Shown: one piece after another, positions 63,528 to 64,000 of the stretch
Numbering within the stretch: the stretch's first letter is position 1
Layout: each line of letters starts with the position of its first letter
Assembly: GCF_032191835.1 (NCBI RefSeq)
Contig: NC_083229.1
Coordinates: forward strand, 87,544,001 to 87,608,000
DNA length: 64,000 nucleotides
Source of the DNA: Heteronotia binoei
Lineage: Eukaryota
Direction of reading: 5' to 3'
Notes under the pieces: model-generated
What the model saw: the letters and a program-made list of their open reading frames with translations, nothing else
Database searches by the model: none
Told to the model about the DNA's origin: nothing
Program-made: the position numbers and the translations under genes

Positions 63528-64000
63528 CTGCTGCCCAATAGATACCATTCCAGGGTTCCTTTGCCCTCATCACCATTGGAACTGTCTGTTCTCTTCTGCT
63601 GATGAGACCATCCAAAACTAAAGGAGATATCATGTGGGAAGAGAGAACTCCCCAGGCCAGATGGCACTCAATAAACTACTGTGGAAGAGCTAAGGATAAC
63701 TATGCCAGCACTATTCTTAATGATACAACTGCAAAATCTAGCCAAATAATAGTATGGATTCAGGCTTCATGGAAAACCTATAAATATAACCAACATTTGA
63801 CCCAACTACATTTGTCCCAACTACATATGCAGAAGGGGAAGACTTGTATGCAAGTGTCCAGGAAGAAGTTGATCACACACCTAACAAGATGTCCTGACAA
63901 TCATAAATGACTTGAATAGAAGAGTAGGAAACAAAGTACAATCAAATATTGTCAGATGATTTGGGCTAGGAACACAAAATGAAGCAGAGGAGTTATTCAT

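Overview
Vertebrate genomic DNA from a squamate reptile (probably a gecko; this is an inference from the repeat families), not a prokaryotic locus. The + strand carries VAPA coding exons 2 to last, including a cassette exon; exon 1 lies upstream of the window. The - strand carries APCDD1 coding exons 2-5; exon 1 lies beyond the right end. The two genes converge tail-to-tail with stop codons about 11.6 kb apart. The rest is introns and UTRs rich in repeats: a 5'-intact but 3'-truncated L1, L2 and CR1 fragments, tRNA-derived and 5S-derived SINEs, a decayed hAT transposase, and many non-autonomous hAT elements/MITEs with 8-bp target-site duplications. I found no novel multi-gene system; most ORFs in the supplied track are TE remnants or noise. 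The best leads are the convergent VAPA-APCDD1 arrangement, two hAT-borne tandem arrays of double-hairpin units (one pre-miRNA-sized), a template-switch scar at a palindromic MITE, a 94-bp identical dispersed duplication, the VAPA cassette exon with a competing poison acceptor, and a TCF/LEF motif cluster in an APCDD1 intron.
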